This document shows positions 59,569 through 64,000 of a stretch of 64,000 nt of DNA, piece after piece (position 1 is the stretch's first letter; each line of letters opens with the position of its first letter). The DNA is taken from positions 240,361 to 304,360 of the forward strand of contig JAJYMK010000003.1 of the NCBI GenBank assembly GCA_021786945.1, given 5' to 3'. Under the pieces are notes generated by a model, which ran no database searches, was not told where the DNA came from, and saw only the letters and a program-made list of their open reading frames with translations. The DNA comes from a bacterium. GTDB lineage: Bacteria; Patescibacteriota; Minisyncoccia; UBA6257; 02-FULL-45-10c. Position numbers and translations under genes: made by a program.

Positions 59569-60807
59569 TTATTCATATCTAAGAGCCTCAATCGGACTCT
59601 TTTTGGCGGCCTGCCTAGCAGGATAAATTCCAAAAATTATACCGACAAGAGCCGATATTCCCAATCCAAGAATAATGGCCAATGTTGGCAAATAAAAAGT
59701 CCAGGAAAGATGCAGTGCAAAAGTTAAAATCAAAGAAACAAAAAAAGAAAAACTCAGACCCAAAGCCACGCCTATAATTCCGCCGAGCGTAGTTAAAATT
59801 GTAGCCTCAAAAAGAAAATGAAGGAGAATGTCTCTATCGGTTGCACCGAGAGATTTTCTAAGACCTATTTCCCTGGTTCTTTCGGTTACCGATACCAACA
59901 TAATATTCATAATTCCTACGCCACCAACTATCAAAGATATTGCGGCAACTAAAGCTAAAAATAAAGTAAAAATACTTGTTACTGCGCCAACCATGCTTGC
60001 GGCCTGGGCCTGAGTCTGTACCGTAAAATCATCTTTTTCCGGATCGGTAATATCATGATTATTTCTTAAAGTTCTTGTTATATCAGCAGCTGTTTCGCTG
60101 ATGTCGGCCTCCTTATCAGCTTCAACTATTATTCTATTGAAATATTTTATACCAAAAATATATTGCTGAGCGGTAGTAAAAGGTATAATTACGGCCTCGT
60201 CAAAATTAACAAAAGACGAACTGCCATTTTTTCCAAGAATACCAATAATCCTAAAATTTTTATTTCGAATCTTTACTTTTTCATTTAGACCGCCACCCCC
60301 GGGAAATAATTCGTCTCTCACGCTGGAACCTATTATTGCCACATCGGCATAGCTCGAAACCTCCTCATCGGTAAAAATTCTTCCCTCTGTCGGATAGATA
60401 TTAAAAATTTTTGCAAAAAAAGCAGAGGCTCCGAAAATAGTAGGTCTATATCCTTCGTTTTCATAAGAAACAGGCGCGGTTCCAAAAACAATAGGCATAA
60501 TAGTATCGGCGTAAGGAACATTGGATTTATTTTTTAAATCTTCATAATCTTTTATTTTTAAAGAATCAGACATTGAAGCCATCATGCCAGAAATACCGCC
60601 GGATAATTTACCGGGGATTACCGCTATTGTTTTTGAACCAACGCTCTGAACCTGGCTCAAAATAAGATTTTGAGCTCCTTCGCCTAAAGACATAATTAAA
60701 ATAATAGAGGCAATTCCAATTACGATTCCTAAAACAGTAAGTCCGGACCGGGATCTATTTGCCAAAAGACCATTCGAAGCGGTTTTCAAAAGATGAGTAA
60801 TTTTCAT
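59569..60807 (-). CDS. ABC transporter permease, MacB/FtsX type (paralog 1)
   Basis: Same architecture as paralog 2, about 60% aa identity, in tandem. Confidence 0.8.
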   Translation of the reverse strand: MKITHLLKTASNGLLANRSRSGLTVLGIVIGIASIILIMSLGEGAQNLILSQVQSVGSKTIAVIPGKLSGGISGMMASMSDSLKIKDYEDLKNKSNVPYADTIMPIVFGTAPVSYENEGYRPTIFGASAFFAKIFNIYPTEGRIFTDEEVSSYADVAIIGSSVRDELFPGGGGLNEKVKIRNKNFRIIGILGKNGSSSFVNFDEAVIIPFTTAQQYIFGIKYFNRIIVEADKEADISETAADITRTLRNNHDITDPEKDDFTVQTQAQAASMVGAVTSIFTLFLALVAAISLIVGGVGIMNIMLVSVTERTREIGLRKSLGATDRDILLHFLFEATILTTLGGIIGVALGLSFSFFVSLILTFALHLSWTFYLPTLAIILGLGISALVGIIFGIYPARQAAKKSPIEALRYE

Positions 60808-60812
60808 GCCTA

Positions 60813-61529
60813 TTATTTTTTAAAATCATCAAAGTGCCTGCGGTGCTCAACTTTAAAATCTGCCTCAATTTTTCCGTCTTTTACCCTTATTATTCTTTGG
60901 GCATGTTCAGCTGTATAAGTTTCATGAGTAACCAAAACAACGGTATGTCCTAATTCTTCATTTAACTTCCTAATTATTTCCATTACTATTTGTCCTGATT
61001 TAGAGTCTAAATTTCCGGTGGGTTCATCGGCAAAAATAACTTGAGGATTGAGGATTAAGGCTCTTGCTATGGCCACGCGCTGTTTTTCTCCTCCGGACAA
61101 TTGAGAAGAATCATGGTTTATACGATGTCCAAGTCCTACCGAATTTATAGCTTCAGTAGCTAATTTATCCCATTGAGATTCGTCTATATCAGAATATAAA
61201 AGCGGTAACTTAACATTCTCCAGGACGCTTGTTCTGGGCAAAAGATTAAATGCTTGAAAAATAAAGCCCATTTCTTTATTCCTTACTTTCGCAACCTCCT
61301 CTTTTGAATAGTCGCTTAAATACTTGCCATTAAATTTATACTCGCCCGAAGTTGGTAAATCCAAAAAACCAAGCACATGAAGAAGTGTTGATTTTCCGCT
61401 ACCCGAAGGACCCATTATGGCGACAAACTCCCCCTTATCTATACACAAAGAAACTTTATTTAAAGCTATTGTCGGCTCTCCTCCATCTTCATATTTTTTG
61501 ACTATATCTTTTAGCTCTATTAACGCCAT
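60813..61529 (-). CDS. ABC transporter ATP-binding protein (MacB/LolD/FtsE-like)
   Basis: Walker A is GPSGSGKST, the signature is LSGGEKQRVAIARAL, and Walker B is IFADEPTGNLD. 238 aa. Confidence 0.9.
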   Translation of the reverse strand: MALIELKDIVKKYEDGGEPTIALNKVSLCIDKGEFVAIMGPSGSGKSTLLHVLGFLDLPTSGEYKFNGKYLSDYSKEEVAKVRNKEMGFIFQAFNLLPRTSVLENVKLPLLYSDIDESQWDKLATEAINSVGLGHRINHDSSQLSGGEKQRVAIARALILNPQVIFADEPTGNLDSKSGQIVMEIIRKLNEELGHTVVLVTHETYTAEHAQRIIRVKDGKIEADFKVEHRRHFDDFKK

Positions 61530-61530
61530 A

Positions 61531-63081
61531 TTATAAACTTGGGGAATTTATTATTTTTTGGCCCTCATTAAGACCAGAAACTATTTCTATATTTCCGTCA
61601 GAACCCTTTAAGCCAGTCTCGATCCTAAGCTCTTCTGGGGTTTGTTTGCCGGTATCAATCAAAACAATTCTTTCTTCACCCCTGGATACAACAGCTCTTT
61701 GAGGAATGAATAATACATTCTCCTTTTTCTGCGCAAGAATATCTATATTTGCAGTCATACCCGGCTTAACCATATCTTCTTTTTTATCAAACTGTAATGT
61801 GGTTTTATAAGTTGCCACGCCTTCAATAACTGTTTCAGCGGGATCGATAGAAACCACGTGAGCACTAAAAATAACTCCGCTTCCATAAGCATCTAATGTA
61901 ATTGAGGCGGAATTTCCAATAGCTATCTTTGCAATGTCGGCCTCTGGAACATTAACTTCGATTTCATATTGACCACTACTTATAACCGACGCTATTACAG
62001 AGTTAGCCGCTACAATCTCGCCAATTTTTGCATCCTGCCTTGTAACAACACCGTCTATAGGAGAACGCAAAACAGTTTGTGCAATTTGAGCATTATATGT
62101 ATCAATGTCTGCTCGCATCTTTTCCACCTGAGCTTCTTGAGCCGTAATTTGCTCTGCTACAGTACCAGCTTTTTCTAAAACTAATTGATTTTCTTGAAGT
62201 TCTAAATTTGATTTAGCCGATCTATAACTTTCATACGCCGAAGACAACGAGGAGATAGCCAAACCAATGTTTGTCCTAGCAGAAGCGATATCTGTTTTAT
62301 ATCCAGTAATTGTTGTTTGGGATAAATTCGCCGTAGAAGTAAGGCTGTTTACGGCTAAAGAAACTTTATCCAAAAAATTTTTTACAGAATCCAAATTTTT
62401 ATTGGCAAGAGAATCAGCAGCATCTAAATCACTATTAACTGATAAAGAATTCAAAAAATTATTCCAATCAATTAAAATACCTTCGAGAATATACCTTCCC
62501 CACTCTATATCATTTTTTAACTGACCATCAGCCAGTGTGAAATTAAGCGTGGGATTTGTACTTTTTGGATTATTAACAAACTGATCAACTTTATTTCTTA
62601 TTGCATCATCAGACTTGGTAAAAGCGTCTGTCAAAGAATTTATCAATATTTTTTTTGTATCATCCAAAGCAGTTTTTGCGCTGGCAACATTTGTTTCTTG
62701 AATCTGTATTTCTTCCGGTCTGGTACCTTTTTTAAGCTCATCTAACTTTGCTTCCTGGATTCTTAGACCAGCCTGCGCACCAGCTAATTGAGCCGAGAGC
62801 TCTGAACTATCCAATCTTACCAAAATTCCATTTTTTGTAACCAAATCACCAACTTTAACATTTATTTGAGACACCTTCCCCGTTCTTTGAAAAGCCAAGT
62901 CCACATCATCTACGGGCTTTATTTTACCGGTAACGCTCACCTCCTGCATAACTTCACCGCGTTTAACCTCAACGTACTCATAGGAAGATTTTTTTGAACC
63001 GCCGAAAATCAAATATCCAAAAATTATTATTAAAATAATTCCGCCGATAATATAAATCTGTTTTTTTGTTAATTTCGTCAT
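61531..63081 (-). CDS. HlyD/MacA-family periplasmic adaptor (membrane fusion protein), long coiled-coil form
   Basis: An N-terminal TM anchor, biotin-lipoyl-like half-motifs, and a ~250-aa coiled-coil/helical hairpin. It is the first gene of the ABC efflux operon. 516 aa. Confidence 0.7.
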   Translation of the reverse strand: MTKLTKKQIYIIGGIILIIIFGYLIFGGSKKSSYEYVEVKRGEVMQEVSVTGKIKPVDDVDLAFQRTGKVSQINVKVGDLVTKNGILVRLDSSELSAQLAGAQAGLRIQEAKLDELKKGTRPEEIQIQETNVASAKTALDDTKKILINSLTDAFTKSDDAIRNKVDQFVNNPKSTNPTLNFTLADGQLKNDIEWGRYILEGILIDWNNFLNSLSVNSDLDAADSLANKNLDSVKNFLDKVSLAVNSLTSTANLSQTTITGYKTDIASARTNIGLAISSLSSAYESYRSAKSNLELQENQLVLEKAGTVAEQITAQEAQVEKMRADIDTYNAQIAQTVLRSPIDGVVTRQDAKIGEIVAANSVIASVISSGQYEIEVNVPEADIAKIAIGNSASITLDAYGSGVIFSAHVVSIDPAETVIEGVATYKTTLQFDKKEDMVKPGMTANIDILAQKKENVLFIPQRAVVSRGEERIVLIDTGKQTPEELRIETGLKGSDGNIEIVSGLNEGQKIINSPSL

Positions 63082-63152
63082 ATATATATTATAACAAAAT
63101 TATGTTTTTAAAATAAAAATCCCCTTATTCAAAAAGAATAAGGGGATACTAT

Positions 63153-64000
63153 TTAATGCCGGCAAAGTCCTTCGAGGAACTCGAAGTGCCATCTTGCCTT
63201 TCTTTTTTCTTCAGTTGTTCCGCATTTTTCCACTACCGCCAGCGCTTTTTTGGCACCAATAAGCATAAAATGCGGGTTCCAAAAACCTCTGCTTATCCAC
63301 CACCAATGGCAAGAATTCACCATCTTCAGGCACTGATGTATAGCTTCCGGCCTATCAGAATATTTCAAGGCCATATACACCAGGTCCCAGAAAATAAGAT
63401 GATTTCCGTTATATTTGGATTTCCACAAAGGAAAAGGATCATTATTGTAAAGATCTTCGTAGCTGGTTGACCAACTAGAATCCCTTATTTCACTATTTTC
63501 CCTATGCGGAAAAAGATCCGAAAGCTCTTCGAATCTGGTAACTACTTTCCCGCTCCCCCAATTTTGTATCAAGGGAAAAAGAAACGATTCGGAAAGTCCG
63601 GGAACGTGATGACCAAAAGTCTCGGCATCCATAGCTATTACCAGATAGCTGGCTGCGTCACCGGTCCATCCGGAAAACTCAGTTTTAAGCTTTTCAGAAA
63701 ATTCCCAGAAGTTCAGGTGATTATCCCAGACGTATTTACTCCAGTAGGAAGACCGCAGAAAGACCGAGTAACCCTGATAGCTAGTGATGTAATCAAAAGG
63801 AATTTTATCAGGCAATACCGCCACGTCTTCAATTACAGTCCACTTAAAACCCAGCCTGTTCATCAAATGCAGAGATTTCTTGCTGAAAGCCATTTCCGGG
63901 AAAAAGAAGCCTTTTGAATTAGCTGCAATTCCCAAAAATTTCTTTTTACAATAATCTTCGGCGATTTGAATTCCGGCGTGCTTTACAGGAATGAGCGGAA
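63153..64000 (-). CDS. Glycoside hydrolase family 57-like protein (alpha-glucan active), N-terminus beyond window edge
   Basis: The DAETFGHH block resembles the GH57 conserved region carrying the acid/base residue. The reading frame stays open to the window end, so the N-terminal catalytic region is not visible. The tracked ORF start is a TTG and is probably not the true start. Confidence 0.5.
   Translation of the reverse strand, partial: PLIPVKHAGIQIAEDYCKKKFLGIAANSKGFFFPEMAFSKKSLHLMNRLGFKWTVIEDVAVLPDKIPFDYITSYQGYSVFLRSSYWSKYVWDNHLNFWEFSEKLKTEFSGWTGDAASYLVIAMDAETFGHHVPGLSESFLFPLIQNWGSGKVVTRFEELSDLFPHRENSEIRDSSWSTSYEDLYNNDPFPLWKSKYNGNHLIFWDLVYMALKYSDRPEAIHQCLKMVNSCHWWWISRGFWNPHFMLIGAKKALAVVEKCGTTEEKRKARWHFEFLEGLCRH

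Overview
The window is a low-GC (about one third G+C), tightly packed bacterial chromosome segment with almost all genes on the minus strand. Its content is housekeeping. There is a cell-shape and cell-wall operon (rseP-proS-mreBCD-PBP2), a second mreB next to murA and holB, and the tail of the ribosomal-protein superoperon (infA-rpmJ-rpsM-rpsK-rpsD-rpoA-rplQ-rplM-rpsI). It also carries alaS, rmuC, a short SMC, maf-rnc-nusB-rpmF, dnaE, thrS, gatB, tmk, rplK-nusG-secE, gyrB, lower-glycolysis genes (eno, ppsA, glycerate kinase, gpsA, a D-2-hydroxyacid dehydrogenase), a MacAB-like efflux operon and a partial GH57 gene. My inference is that this is a reduced-genome Patescibacteria/CPR-like organism; the evidence is the low GC, truncated aaRS and SMC, an RpoA without a recognisable alphaCTD, Lys-rich tails on ribosomal proteins, weak SD use, and large adhesin-tipped type IV pilins. 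I have no database hit to confirm that assignment. The most unusual content is as follows. Three dispersed type IV pilin paralogs share a ~200-aa N-terminal module as a ~600-bp DNA repeat but end in different C-terminal domains (FISUMP-like, FN3 plus Cys-rich, LamG-like). A GC-rich islet at 27.9-29.7 kb carries a sigma-70 region-4-only protein. A second, smaller GC-elevated islet with two small genes lies near 52.4-52.96 kb. rpmJ is frameshifted at a homopolymer. rpmF is missing from the ORF track. The ribosomal operon has two unknown genes where secY-adk-map would be expected. A secreted protein has Kazal-like and DUF333-like domains. A 20-bp perfect inverted repeat overlaps a start codon. 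I found no CRISPR array, tRNA, rRNA, transposase or integrase.
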